Notes under the pieces: model-generated
Databases searched by the model: none
What the model was told of the DNA's origin: nothing
Seen by the model: the letters and a program-made list of their open reading frames with translations, nothing else
Position numbers and translations under genes: made by a program
Part shown: positions 46,199-57,800 of the stretch, piece by piece
Layout of the letters: every line of letters begins with the position of its first letter
Numbering within the stretch: position 1 is the first letter of the stretch
Virus record (IMG/VR): IMGVR_UViG_3300021961_011268
Coordinates: 2,085 to 66,084 of that record
Source of the DNA: a virus
Taxonomy: Duplodnaviria; Caudoviricetes
Direction: 5' to 3' (one strand)
Length of the DNA stretch: 64,000 bases

Positions 46199-47802
46199 TG
46201 GCTATATCTAAAGGTGTACTTGATACTGCAAAAAATATTGCCATTAAAAAGGCCAACGTTGCAGGATTTAAAGGGCAAGCACTTGATGCTGTATCAAATT
46301 TAAATAGTACTGCTGGCTCAATTCTGAAAGGTGCCAATGCAGTCGGTGCAGTTGAAGGAGGCGTTGCAGCACTGACTGGTAATGTATCACAGCTCACTGA
46401 TGCCGTACCTGGTCTTAAAACGGCAATTGGTGGTGGAACAACTGGTGATATTGAAAAGATTACTGGCACTATTGCAGGTGCCGGATTGAATGTTGCAATC
46501 GCCGGAGGATCAGGATCTGGCGCAATTAGTGAAATGCTGAAGGCTGGAGAAGGAGTAGTCTCTGGATTACTTGGTTCTGTATCGACTGGACTTGGTGGAT
46601 TTACTGGTATTTTAAGTAAAGTTTCTGGGCTTGGTGCAGGAAATGTTCTTGGCGACCTGGCAAAAAATGCAGGTGGTATTCTTGGAGGAGCAGCAGCTGC
46701 TCTTACTCAAAATTTAGATCGACTTACAAATGTTGGTATCGGTCAACCAATTAAAGATCTTATCGAAAAAACATCAGGAAATATTGGTAATGTTCTAATT
46801 GCAATTACGGCTAACCAGGGTAAACTATTACCAAATGACGTAAAAGATTTGATTGGTAAAGTAGATAGTGGTAATCTTACCGATGCTTCAAAAATATTAG
46901 GTGATAAAATTCAATCTGGTAGTGAACTCATTAATAATCTTGAAAATTTGGGTGATAAAGATATAAAAAATCTATCAGATGCAGAAAAAGCCGAATTGGC
47001 AAAAGAATTAGATAAAGATCCTGCTCTTAGACAACAATATATTGAAAAGTCATTAAGTAATATTAAAACAAATGCGGCTGATAATGTCGAAAAAGGCAAA
47101 AGTAATAATACTGCTGCTGGTCAAAGTACTTCTCCAGATAAACAAATTGGCGCTAAAGATTCAACTTGGAATGGTGATAATACAAGTGATAATCGTCATT
47201 TTGATATTGTAACAAGTTTTGAAGAACTTGAATCAGAACTCAAAGCCACAGAAAGAGATATTACAGAAGTTATTGTAAATTGGACTGAGAGCTATAATAA
47301 TGATGGCTTAACTCCAAATGATATATTTAAAGAAATTAAAAGTCGTGCTTCAAATGGATATTGGCATTTCCTCATCTTTCCAAATGGGACAATAACAAAA
47401 TTTGCACCAATTGGTGAAGTAACAAATCATACCTCTTTTGGCGGATGGAAACGTGGAGATACTGCAACACTTTATATTCCAAATAGAGATTCACACAATA
47501 AATATAGTATTGGTGTTGCTTTTGTTGGTGGACTTGATGATGAGAAGAATACTTTTCTCACGCAAAAACATTATGAATCATTTTCTAAATTTATGAGAAC
47601 ATTTTATAAAGTATATCCAGGCGGACAGGCCTGGGGCGCGCGGGATCTGATTGGACTTGACCAAGGTTATGAAGCACCTGGCTTTGATGTTCAAGATTAT
47701 GTTCGAACTATATTTAATAAAGTAAATACAACAAAAGAAACTGAAGCAGCCTTAGGTGCAAAAGAATTAATAGCAAAAATGATTGAGAATGCAAATGGCT
47801 AA
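46198..47802 (+). CDS. Gly/Ala-rich tail protein with C-terminal amidase_2/PGRP-like domain
   Basis: ITEVIVNWT, WHFLIFPNG, HNKYSIGVAFVGG and PGFDV motifs. Confidence 0.65.
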   Translation: MAISKGVLDTAKNIAIKKANVAGFKGQALDAVSNLNSTAGSILKGANAVGAVEGGVAALTGNVSQLTDAVPGLKTAIGGGTTGDIEKITGTIAGAGLNVAIAGGSGSGAISEMLKAGEGVVSGLLGSVSTGLGGFTGILSKVSGLGAGNVLGDLAKNAGGILGGAAAALTQNLDRLTNVGIGQPIKDLIEKTSGNIGNVLIAITANQGKLLPNDVKDLIGKVDSGNLTDASKILGDKIQSGSELINNLENLGDKDIKNLSDAEKAELAKELDKDPALRQQYIEKSLSNIKTNAADNVEKGKSNNTAAGQSTSPDKQIGAKDSTWNGDNTSDNRHFDIVTSFEELESELKATERDITEVIVNWTESYNNDGLTPNDIFKEIKSRASNGYWHFLIFPNGTITKFAPIGEVTNHTSFGGWKRGDTATLYIPNRDSHNKYSIGVAFVGGLDDEKNTFLTQKHYESFSKFMRTFYKVYPGGQAWGARDLIGLDQGYEAPGFDVQDYVRTIFNKVNTTKETEAALGAKELIAKMIENANG

Positions 47803-49804
47803 AACATTTGAAAATGATGGGTTTATTGATCCAACTTTCCAATATCCTACTCAAGAATATTGGCTTAAGCCAAGTACAAATATATCGAATTATGCAGGTA
47901 AAAGTCATATATTAAATTATGGTGGTTCATATTCTAATATTAATATGAATTTTACTTATAATACAAATTCTGTCTACACTCAATGTAATACAAAAGAAAC
48001 TGCTTCTGGTCATATAATACAATATGATGATACTCTTGGACGTGAACGCGTATTGATTAAGCATCGTTCAGGATCTGGTCTTGAAATGAGACCTGATGGT
48101 ACCATTCTTGTTTCAAGTACAAATAAGCATGTACTTACCGTTGCTGCAGATCAAACTATAATTGTTGAAGGTAATGCTAATCTTATTTATAATGGCAATC
48201 TCAATGTTGATGTCATAGGCGATTATACTATGAATATTGGTGGTAATTATAACATTGACGTGATGGGTAACGTTCAGGAAAAATTAAAAGGCCGAAGAGA
48301 TACTGAAGTTGAATTAACCCAAACTCTTGATCTCAAAGAGAATTATGAATTAACTGTACTTGGTAATCAAACAGCGACAACTCTTGGTAATATGACTTCA
48401 CTCATCAAAGGTAATGGCAAAAATCATATTAATGGATCTTCAGAATATTTTGTTGGTGGTGCTCTTCGTATTACGGCAGAAGATTCATGTTCAATGTCTT
48501 CAGAAAATATTAATATTGGTGCAACTGATATAAGCCTCTTTGGTACGACTGGTACAATTGGCGGTGATGAAGTCATTATGTATACTAAAAATATTTTTGC
48601 CCAAAAGAGTGTTCATGCCGAAACTATGAAAGCAACCAAAACCATTTATGCAGATAAAAGTGTTCATGCTGAGACGATGCAAGTCACTGATACCTTTATT
48701 GGTGATCTCAAAGGAACTGCAGAAAAAGCAATCACTGCTGATGTAACGAATTCTCAGGGTTATGCTGAAAATGAGCAAGGAACAGCTGCTGGCTTTAGTA
48801 TTACTGATACTGCTGCAGATGAAACTCCAACTGATAGCGATCAGACTGCATTGCCAACAGCAGGAATTATGACCGCTTATCTCAATACTTCTGACAAAGG
48901 TATTAAAAGAGTCAATATTGATCCAGGTGATGGATTGAAAAACTCAATAGATCTTTCGGCCGAAACGGATCAGGTGATTCGTAGACAATTGACAACTGGT
49001 GAGGTAAGAGCAAGATTAAGAAATCCTGCAAATGTCAATGCTTCAAACTTTATAACAAAACAATTGTCTGATGGTGTCTTATCGCAAGATTATGCAATCA
49101 CAGTTCCACCTGGAGAAGTTGGAAGAATTGTATCAAAAGATGGTGGAATTATTCGAGGCCAAGATATTGTTACAACTCAAAATGCCGCATATGGTAAATT
49201 TGTACCAGGTCCAAAACTATTTAAAAATATACCTGATCCACAATATATCATTACTGATTCAAGTATCATTACGCCATCAACAAGATTGTCAGATAAATAT
49301 ACACTTGCTAAATTCCTTTCAGGGCAAGGTAATAAAGTAACACTCAATCATATTGTTGATAATACTGCAAGGATTTCAATTGCTCGAAATTTACAACAAC
49401 AAATAAATGCTATTAATGTATTTCATGACACTCTACGTTTTATGAATTATCGTCTTGTCATTATAGAATCTCTATATCAAACAGGACCGGGTGAATCAGC
49501 TTCTGATATTGCATCATTAGCTACAAATGGTCAATCAGTAGTGTATCAAGTAATTAATGATCTTGGACAAGTTGATCTTCCAAAAACATTTGAACTTGCC
49601 GAATATTGGAAAAGTTTTGTTCAATTTGATAAATGTATTCTTGATTATGATAATTATAATCCAGATGGAAGTCTTTCAGCTCAGATTGTTTTAACTATGC
49701 CAAACATAAGTACAACTTATGAAGCTTCTTATTCAAATAAAATTGAAACAAGATATAATAATAAAACACAATCAAGTTCAGACTTTGTTGAAATAAAGTT
49801 ATAA
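47795..49804 (+). CDS. gp5 C-terminal beta-helix spike portion with extra C-terminal domain
   Basis: ETASGHIIQYDDT.G.ER..I.HRSG motif followed by V.GN repeats. Confidence 0.75.
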   Translation: MAKTFENDGFIDPTFQYPTQEYWLKPSTNISNYAGKSHILNYGGSYSNINMNFTYNTNSVYTQCNTKETASGHIIQYDDTLGRERVLIKHRSGSGLEMRPDGTILVSSTNKHVLTVAADQTIIVEGNANLIYNGNLNVDVIGDYTMNIGGNYNIDVMGNVQEKLKGRRDTEVELTQTLDLKENYELTVLGNQTATTLGNMTSLIKGNGKNHINGSSEYFVGGALRITAEDSCSMSSENINIGATDISLFGTTGTIGGDEVIMYTKNIFAQKSVHAETMKATKTIYADKSVHAETMQVTDTFIGDLKGTAEKAITADVTNSQGYAENEQGTAAGFSITDTAADETPTDSDQTALPTAGIMTAYLNTSDKGIKRVNIDPGDGLKNSIDLSAETDQVIRRQLTTGEVRARLRNPANVNASNFITKQLSDGVLSQDYAITVPPGEVGRIVSKDGGIIRGQDIVTTQNAAYGKFVPGPKLFKNIPDPQYIITDSSIITPSTRLSDKYTLAKFLSGQGNKVTLNHIVDNTARISIARNLQQQINAINVFHDTLRFMNYRLVIIESLYQTGPGESASDIASLATNGQSVVYQVINDLGQVDLPKTFELAEYWKSFVQFDKCILDYDNYNPDGSLSAQIVLTMPNISTTYEASYSNKIETRYNNKTQSSSDFVEIKL

Positions 49805-49807
49805 ATA
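49800..49807 (+). promoter_or_regulatory. T4-type late promoter
   Basis: TATAAATA upstream of gp25. Confidence 0.7.
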
Positions 49808-49827
49808 GATAAAAATAAAGGCAAGAA

Positions 49828-50271
49828 ATGGTTAATAAAGTTTTTAGCGTTGAAGATGGCAATCAGCAGACAACAAGTGCAGTCACTGCTCGTAAACGCC
49901 TATATAAAGATATTGATTTATCATTCGCAAAAGCTCCATCAAATGATGTATATAAAAAGACCGATCTTGCTTCTATAAAACAAGCAATAAAAAATTTATT
50001 ATTGACAAACAATTTCGAAAAGCCGTTTAATCCAAACTTTGGTGCAAATATAAGAGCTTTACTTTTTGATCTTGCTGATGGAAGGCTTGAATCAAAAGCA
50101 AGAGAAAAAATTCAATTCGCAATTAATAAATATGAACCAAGAGTTGAAATAATGAAAATTAAAGTAGAACCAGAACCAGATCGAAATGACGTGAGAATAC
50201 AAGTGAATCTCAAAATAAGAAATTCAAGTACTACGTTCGATATAAGTACTTCATTAAACAGGTTAAGATAA
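49828..50271 (+). CDS. 25: Baseplate wedge gp25
   Basis: YKDIDLSF, IKNLLLT...EKPFNPNFG and YEPRV motifs. Confidence 0.92.
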   Translation: MVNKVFSVEDGNQQTTSAVTARKRLYKDIDLSFAKAPSNDVYKKTDLASIKQAIKNLLLTNNFEKPFNPNFGANIRALLFDLADGRLESKAREKIQFAINKYEPRVEIMKIKVEPEPDRNDVRIQVNLKIRNSSTTFDISTSLNRLR

Positions 50272-52076
50272 TGGCAACAAATATTTCATCATCAAGATTA
50301 GACTTCAATAATATTAAGAATCGTCTTAAAACTTTTCTTGCAGCAAAAAGCGAATTTACTGATTATGATTTTGAAGCCTCAGGACTTAATAACATTCTTG
50401 ATGTGTTGGCATATAATACTCATTTCAATGGATTAACTGCAAACTTTGCATTGAATGAATCATTTCTCAACACTGCACAATTAAGAAGTTCAATTGTTTC
50501 GCACGCTGAAACTCTTGGATATACACCAAGATCAATTACAGCTTCTATTGCCTATCTTAATTTATCACTTGATCTTACCGGTGTTGCAAATCGTCCATCT
50601 ACAATTACAATTCCAAGATATACAGCATTCACTTCATCAGTTGCTGGTGTATCTTATACCTTTAGAACTATAGCATCTTATACAGCGCCTGATGATGGTA
50701 CAGGTAGTTATACATTTGTGACTGCAGAAGGTTCAACATCAATTCCTGTTTATCAAGGTACAGAAAGAACAAAAACATTTTTTGTTGGAGATATTACTGA
50801 TCGTCAACTTTATGTAATACCTGACAACACAATTGATACAACAACACTTGATGTAAAGGTATATGCTTCACCAACATCTTCTTCATACACAACATATACG
50901 CTTCTCGATAATGCAACTTCAGTTGGTGTTGATAGTACATATTATTCTATACACGAAGCACCAAATGGATTCTATGAAATACATTTTTCTGATGGTATTA
51001 CCTTTGGTACCGCACCTATTTCAGGCAATAAAATTGTAATTAATTATTTATCAACAGTTGGCGCAGATGCAAATGGTGGTAGTACCTTTGCGCCAGTCTC
51101 TCAAGTGACAGTAAATGCTGTAAATTATAATCTTGGAGTCGTAACAGTAGCAAACTCATCGTCAGGCGCATCAAAAGAAGATAGTGAAGCAATTCGGCTA
51201 AATGCTCCAATTGCGTTTGCTGCTCAACAAAGGCTTGTGACAGCTGATGATTATAAAGCATTAATATTGAAAAGATATTCTGTTGCAACGGATGTAAGTT
51301 CATGGGGTGGACAAGATAATGTCCCTGTTGATTATGGTAAAGTATACATTTCAATTAAATATGTTGATGGAACAGCTGCTGCAACAAAAACCGCAACTGA
51401 ATCATCAATCACAACAAATTTGGTGAATAAACTCGGTGTTATGTCAATCACTCCAGTTTATGTTGAGCCAATCAATACATATATTGAAACTAAAACAACT
51501 TTCCGTTATGACCCAAGTGCTACAAATATTACAAGGAATACACTTTCTTCAAATATACAAACAGTGATTAATAATTATTTCACAAATAATTTAAAAAAAT
51601 TCAATACGACATTTAGAAAATCAAATCTTCTTACTTTGATTGATGATGTCGATCCAGGTGTGTTAAACTCAAAAATGAGTATTGTAATGAATCAAAGAGT
51701 AACACCAACTCTTGGTGTCAGTCAATCACATACTGTAATTTTTCCAGTTGCGCTTCCTTCACCAGATGATGTCAATTATATTATCACATCATCTTATTTT
51801 ACAGTAAATTCGCAATTATGTAATATTCGTAATTTATTAGGTAGTACTAAATTGCAACTTGTAAACCAATCAAGTCAAGTAGTGATTGATAATCTTGGCT
51901 CTTATAATACAAACGGTACAGTAAATATTGAAGGACTTACTATCAATTCAATGGTAGGTTCAACCTTTAAATTGAAAGCAGTGCCGGCAAATGAAAGTAC
52001 AATTACTCCATTAAGAAATTATATTATCGATAATGATATTGATGATTCATATGTAACAGGTGTTACTGAGACATAA
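50271..52076 (+). CDS. 6: Baseplate wedge gp6
   Basis: LDFNNIK, DYDFEASGL..LDVLAYNTH, NESFL.TAQLRSS and QQRLVTADDY motifs. Confidence 0.95.
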   Translation: MATNISSSRLDFNNIKNRLKTFLAAKSEFTDYDFEASGLNNILDVLAYNTHFNGLTANFALNESFLNTAQLRSSIVSHAETLGYTPRSITASIAYLNLSLDLTGVANRPSTITIPRYTAFTSSVAGVSYTFRTIASYTAPDDGTGSYTFVTAEGSTSIPVYQGTERTKTFFVGDITDRQLYVIPDNTIDTTTLDVKVYASPTSSSYTTYTLLDNATSVGVDSTYYSIHEAPNGFYEIHFSDGITFGTAPISGNKIVINYLSTVGADANGGSTFAPVSQVTVNAVNYNLGVVTVANSSSGASKEDSEAIRLNAPIAFAAQQRLVTADDYKALILKRYSVATDVSSWGGQDNVPVDYGKVYISIKYVDGTAAATKTATESSITTNLVNKLGVMSITPVYVEPINTYIETKTTFRYDPSATNITRNTLSSNIQTVINNYFTNNLKKFNTTFRKSNLLTLIDDVDPGVLNSKMSIVMNQRVTPTLGVSQSHTVIFPVALPSPDDVNYIITSSYFTVNSQLCNIRNLLGSTKLQLVNQSSQVVIDNLGSYNTNGTVNIEGLTINSMVGSTFKLKAVPANESTITPLRNYIIDNDIDDSYVTGVTET

Positions 52077-52079
52077 TAT

Positions 52080-53024
52080 ATGAAACAACGTACAAATACA
52101 TTTTTTAATCGTAAGGCAATTGACTTTAGAACTAGTCGTGTTGAAGATGTTTTACCGGATTATTTTAAAGAAGATTATCCAAATCTTATTAAATTCCTTG
52201 ATTATTATTATGACTTTATGGATTCAGATGGAACTCATGCTTTTAATAGCGAAATCTATGAATTATTTCGTGCAAAAGATATTGAATCAACTTCACTAGC
52301 TTTACTTGATAATATATTTAAAGAAATTGGTCTCGGTGCAAGTCAAAAATATTTTACAAATCCCAGACAGGTTGCTGCATTTTTAGCAAAATTTTATCGT
52401 ATCAAAGGTTCACTTTATTCAGCTGAAGGTTTCTTTCGAACATTCTTTAATGAACAACCAACTATTTCTTATCCAAAAGAAAATATATTTATTGTTAGTG
52501 AATCTCAAATAGGTACAGAATCACAACGTTTTATTATTAATAATGACATATATCAAATCTTTTCTATCTTAATCAAGATGTCTAGACCAGTATCACAATG
52601 GAAAGATTTGTATAAAAGATTTGCGCATCCAGCAGGTTGGTATTTTGCTGGAGAAGTACTACTTGAAGGTGTTGGTGATCTTATTGATTCAGATGGAATG
52701 CCATTATCAATACCAGATGAAGGGGCTAATTTATTCCAAGTAGATAATTCAGCTTCGTTCACTCTATCACCATTTACTTCGATTTCAGCAATCTACCCAG
52801 ATGGTGCTGATTCTGATGCTATTGATGAACGACTTGATTTGAATACAATTATTGACATATATGATTCAGCAACAATCGCAACATTAGATAGAATGTATGA
52901 CAATATTGAAGATGTAATTGATCTCATATCACCGACAATGGACGAAGACTCTGATGGATCAACCAAACCAATTAAAATGTCAAATATATTTGAACGTATG
53001 GATAAAGATAATTTTGACAATTAA
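52080..53024 (+). CDS. Baseplate wedge gp7-like (short)
   Basis: YPNLIKFLDYYY, FYRIKGS and HPAG motifs; follows gp6. Confidence 0.7.
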   Translation: MKQRTNTFFNRKAIDFRTSRVEDVLPDYFKEDYPNLIKFLDYYYDFMDSDGTHAFNSEIYELFRAKDIESTSLALLDNIFKEIGLGASQKYFTNPRQVAAFLAKFYRIKGSLYSAEGFFRTFFNEQPTISYPKENIFIVSESQIGTESQRFIINNDIYQIFSILIKMSRPVSQWKDLYKRFAHPAGWYFAGEVLLEGVGDLIDSDGMPLSIPDEGANLFQVDNSASFTLSPFTSISAIYPDGADSDAIDERLDLNTIIDIYDSATIATLDRMYDNIEDVIDLISPTMDEDSDGSTKPIKMSNIFERMDKDNFDN

Positions 53025-53037
53025 TATGAATATTTAT

Positions 53038-53045
53038 TATAAATA
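53038..53045 (+). promoter_or_regulatory. T4-type late promoter
   Basis: TATAAATA. Confidence 0.7.
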
Positions 53046-53066
53046 GATGTAATAAAAGGATTACAA

Positions 53067-53471
53067 ATGGCAAGGCAAAATATAGGAATTGGTTCTTCAG
53101 CAAATGACGGGACTGGAGATACGCTTCGAGAAGCAGGAACAAAGTTGAATGCCAACTTTACCGAGCTTTATGAAACTCTTGGCGGTCCTATTGGTGTAAG
53201 TACAATTACAGCAAATGGTGCAGTTTCAACTACTGCAGGTTATATTATATGTAATAAAGGAAGTGCACTTGCCCTTACTCTTGCCGATGGAATAGTTGTT
53301 GGTGAAACAAAAGTATTCACAAATAAAGGTGCTGGTGCCGCAACGGTTACCCCAGCAAACTTTGCTCAAGGCACTTCATTTGCTCTTGCTCAATATGATG
53401 GTTGTACTGTCATTTGGGATGGATCAAATTGGTATTTAATTGGTAACCAAGGTGAAATTACAGTAGCTTAA
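53067..53471 (+). CDS. Short baseplate protein with gp9/gp10-type N-terminus
   Basis: IGIGSSANDGTGDTLR.AG.K.N.NF.ELY motif. Confidence 0.75.
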   Translation: MARQNIGIGSSANDGTGDTLREAGTKLNANFTELYETLGGPIGVSTITANGAVSTTAGYIICNKGSALALTLADGIVVGETKVFTNKGAGAATVTPANFAQGTSFALAQYDGCTVIWDGSNWYLIGNQGEITVA

Positions 53472-53483
53472 TAGGAATAAAAA

Positions 53484-54836
53484 ATGACTGCAATATTAAC
53501 AGATGCATTGAAAAAACAAATATTAGTAGATATTTTAAATAATGTCAATGATTCAGCTGGAGCCGGTAATTATTATATTGGTATAGGACGTTCAGAAGAT
53601 TGGGATTCTGCTGATGATGCTCCAACAACTCTTAATAGTTTAAGAGAACAACGGAATTTTAGACTTGGTCTTCAATCTATCAAATCCGCTGAAGATGTAT
53701 CATTTGTAGTTCCACGTAATAATTGGGTATCAGGTGCAACTTATTCAGCTTATGATGATAATCAAGTTGGATATCCATCAAATCCATATTATGTTCTCAC
53801 AGAAGATGATCGTGTATATATTTGTTTACAACAAGGTCGTAATACTGGCGGCGTATCAGTTGCTTCGACTGTTAAGCCAAATAATACAACTTCAGCTTCT
53901 TTTAAAACAGCTGATGGTTATATCTGGAAATTCCTCTATACTCTTTCAGCAACAGCAAAAACTAAATATTTGTCAAGTAATTTTATTCCTGTTAAACTTC
54001 AAGGTCTAACCGATTCTAACTCTGTTGCTTCAGAAATACAACAAGAGTTACTTCAAGATTCTGCGATTGTAGGTCAAATTGCAAATATTACAATAACAAA
54101 TGGTGGAACCGGTTATACTTCTACACCTACAATTGGAATTGTTGGTAATGGTGATTCTGCTACTGCAGTAGCTGTTATATCTGGTGGATCAATTGTAGAT
54201 ATTAAACTTGATTCAAATGGTATTGGTAAAATTAATCATGGATATGGATATGATTATGCAAATATAACTATTACTGGCGGTTCTGGTTCTGGTGCTATAG
54301 CTCGGGCAAATCTATCACCAAAGCTTGGTTTTGCTGGAGATGCAAGAGATGATATGAAATCTTCAAGTCTTATGTTTAATACAAAACCTGCTGGTACAGA
54401 ATCAGGCAAATTCTTAATAGGCCAAGATTTTAGACAAGTTGCTTTGATTAAAAATCCAAAAGTACCAAGTACAGACTCAGATTATACGCAAGCTTCTGGT
54501 CTTGGATTACTTAAAATGACTTTTTCCGCTGTCACTACGCCATTCACTGCAGATAGAACAATATCTGGTGCATCATCTGGCGCAAAAGCATTTGTTGATA
54601 CATTTGACTCAGATTATTTGTATTATCACCAAACAGAGGAAACAGGATTTACAGCATTTACAAACGGTGAAGCTATAAGCGAAGATGATGGTTCTGGTGC
54701 AGGCACTGCAGATTCTGCTGCTGTTACTCTTGATATAAATAGATTAACAGGTGATATTTTATATATCGAAAATAGAGCAGCAATTGATCGATCAGTTGAA
54801 CAAACAGAAGATATTAAAGTAATTATTCAAATTTAA
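53484..54836 (+). CDS. 8: Baseplate wedge gp8
   Basis: YYIGIGR, VVPR.NW, VYICL, DGYIWKFLY, FRQV.LIKNP and YIENR..I.R...Q.EDIK motifs. Confidence 0.88.
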   Translation: MTAILTDALKKQILVDILNNVNDSAGAGNYYIGIGRSEDWDSADDAPTTLNSLREQRNFRLGLQSIKSAEDVSFVVPRNNWVSGATYSAYDDNQVGYPSNPYYVLTEDDRVYICLQQGRNTGGVSVASTVKPNNTTSASFKTADGYIWKFLYTLSATAKTKYLSSNFIPVKLQGLTDSNSVASEIQQELLQDSAIVGQIANITITNGGTGYTSTPTIGIVGNGDSATAVAVISGGSIVDIKLDSNGIGKINHGYGYDYANITITGGSGSGAIARANLSPKLGFAGDARDDMKSSSLMFNTKPAGTESGKFLIGQDFRQVALIKNPKVPSTDSDYTQASGLGLLKMTFSAVTTPFTADRTISGASSGAKAFVDTFDSDYLYYHQTEETGFTAFTNGEAISEDDGSGAGTADSAAVTLDINRLTGDILYIENRAAIDRSVEQTEDIKVIIQI

Positions 54837-54849
54837 TTGGTAAAATAAT

Positions 54850-57800
54850 ATGACAACTACTTATACTGAAACCTTATTTGCAAATACGTATAAAGACGAT
54901 TATGCCGATTCGGATAATTATTATCGCATTTTATTTAATTCTGGTAGAGCTCTTCAAGCCCGTGAATTAACTCAAATGCAAACAATAATTCAAGCCGAAA
55001 TTGAAAGATTTGGTAATAACATTTTTAAAGATGGTGCTGCAGTAAATCCTGGTGGTCCTTCAATTAATGCCAAATACGAATTCATTAAATTGAATACGTC
55101 TGTAAATGGATTACCAGCAACAAGTATTGTTGGAAATACATTTACCGGTTCAGGAATTAGCGCAAAGGTTCTTGAAGTAGTTGCTGCAACAGGTAGTGAT
55201 CCTGCTACTCTTTATGTTCAATATACGGATACATCTGGTGGAACATCAGGATCAACACCAATTCGTATGACTCCTGGTGATAATATTACCGATGGAACAA
55301 ATACTCTTACTGTTCAAACAACAAATACTTTAGCAAATCCGGCAGTTGGTGCTGGCGTTAAACTGAGTGCAGGTCCTGGTGACTTTTTTGTTCAAGGACA
55401 TTTTGTATTCTTTAATGGTGGTTCATTAATTGTATCAAAATATAGTCCAACATATACTGGAACAGTTGGATTTAAAATAGTACAAGATGTTGTAACTGCA
55501 GGTGATAATTCTGCTCTATATGATAATCAAGGAGCAACACCAAATCTTTCAGCTCCAGGTGCTGATCGTTACCGTATTCAACTTGTATTGATCGATCAAG
55601 CAGATATTACTGGAACTGATAATTTTGTATTCTTTACAAAAATTATTAATTCAGAAATTGTTGATCAAGCAAAAGGTACAGATAATTATAATAAGATTAA
55701 TGATTTACTTGCTCTTCGTACAAAAGAAGAATCAGGTAATTATATAGTTGATCAATTCATATTAAAATTCGATGAGGATTCTGCTGCAGGTGATGCAACA
55801 ATCCTTAAAGCCGATGTAAGTAATGGTATTGCTTATGTTGATGGTTATCGTTCAGAAATTCCTGCACCAGTTACTATTAATGTCAATAGAGCTCAAACTA
55901 CAACTACTGAAAATAATGAAGTTGTTGGTGCTAATTATGGTAACTATCTTATTGTTGAAGGAGCAGATCCTCAAGGTCTTCCAAATATTTCAACTTTTGA
56001 GAAATGGAATTTACAAGATACCACATCATATGGTGGCGCTACAATAGGTACAGCACGTATTCGCTCAATTGATAATTATGGTACAGATTACAAATATTAT
56101 CTATTTGACATTCAAATGAATTCTGGTCAATCTTTCAGAAATGTGAAAAGTATAGGACTTGATTCTGATAATTGGGCAAATCCAATACTAGAATCTGGTA
56201 AAGCAGTACTTAAAGAGACAAATAAAAATAATCTTTTATTTAGTCTTCCTGTACAACGTCCACAATCATTAAGTGATATATCACTTGAAGTTCAAAGATA
56301 TCGTACTGCAACAACAGATGGTTCTGGTAATGCTACAATTACTCTTTCTGCAACAGGTGAAACATTTGCAAATACAAATGATTGGTTAGTCTCAGTTGAT
56401 TCTTCTGGTGCATTTATTTCTCCATCAATTTCTGGTTCTGGTACACAATCATCAACCATTAGTGGAGCTCCACATAATTCAGCAATCCAAATATTGACAA
56501 AAGTAAATAAAGCTTCTGGATCAATAAGAACAAAAACTCTTACAGAAACAACATTTACTGGTACTGTTGATTCAGATGGCAATGGCCTTGAAATTATGAG
56601 TCTTGGAAAAGCAGACATATATGAAGTGACAAGAGTTACATCTGTTGATTCTGATGGAATTGACTTAAGTTCACTCTTTACGATTGATAATGGACAAAGA
56701 GATAATTTCTATGCTCCAGGTAAATTGATTGTAAAAGGTAACCAAACACCACCAGCTGGAAACGTATTTGTAAGATTTAAATATTTCCAACATGGCGCGT
56801 CAGGTGATTTCTTTGCTGTAAATTCATATACAGGTCAAGTAAGCTATTCAAATATTCCAAACTATATACTTGCTGATGGTACAATTGTTGAATTAAGAAA
56901 TGTGCTTGATTTTAGACCCCGTCAAGATGATACAGGTGCAAACTTTAGTGGAGCTACTGCAAGAGTAAACGAACTTCCTTCACCAACAGATCTAATTACA
57001 ACAGATGTTACGTATTATCTTGGAAGAAAAGATAAATTGGTTCTTTATCCTCCAACTCAAAGTCGTTTAAGATCTACACTTGATATTATTGAAGGTAAAC
57101 CAAGTACTGAGCCACAATATCCTTCAACGCCAGATGGTGCATTGAATCTTTATCGTATTGAAATGAATCCATATACTATTAATGACTCGGATCTTTCAAT
57201 TGAAAAAATAGATGCAACTCGTTACACAATGGCTGATATTGGTAAAATCGATCGTAAATTAAATAAACTTCAAGAAGTTACATCGCTTTCTCTTCTTGAA
57301 GCTGATACTAATAATCTTACGATTCTTGACTCAGCTGGCACTAATCGTTTGAAATCCGGTTTTCTTGTTGATAATTTTGCAAATCATGTTTATTCTGATA
57401 CAAATGCAATTGATTATCGGGCAAGTATTAATCTTCTTACAAAAACTTTACATCCTGAGATTCGAGAAGATAATAATAGATTGATTTATGACTCTGATCT
57501 AAGTACTAATACAATTAAAAAAGGCGATAATGTTTATATTAATTATACTGAAACTGAAGCAATAGGGCAAGATAAAGTTTCAACTACACAGAATCTTAAT
57601 CCATTTAATGTTATTGCATATAACACTGAGATTGTACTTTCTCCTGCAAGTGATGAATGGAAAAGTCGTGAAAACGAAGTTCCAGCACTTGATATTGGAA
57701 CACCAATAACAACGCCAAAACAAAAATTTAATTATGATAATGTGACCGTTAACTGGTTAGGAATGTCTGACGGTCAGCTTGAATATCATTTCCCTAATGG

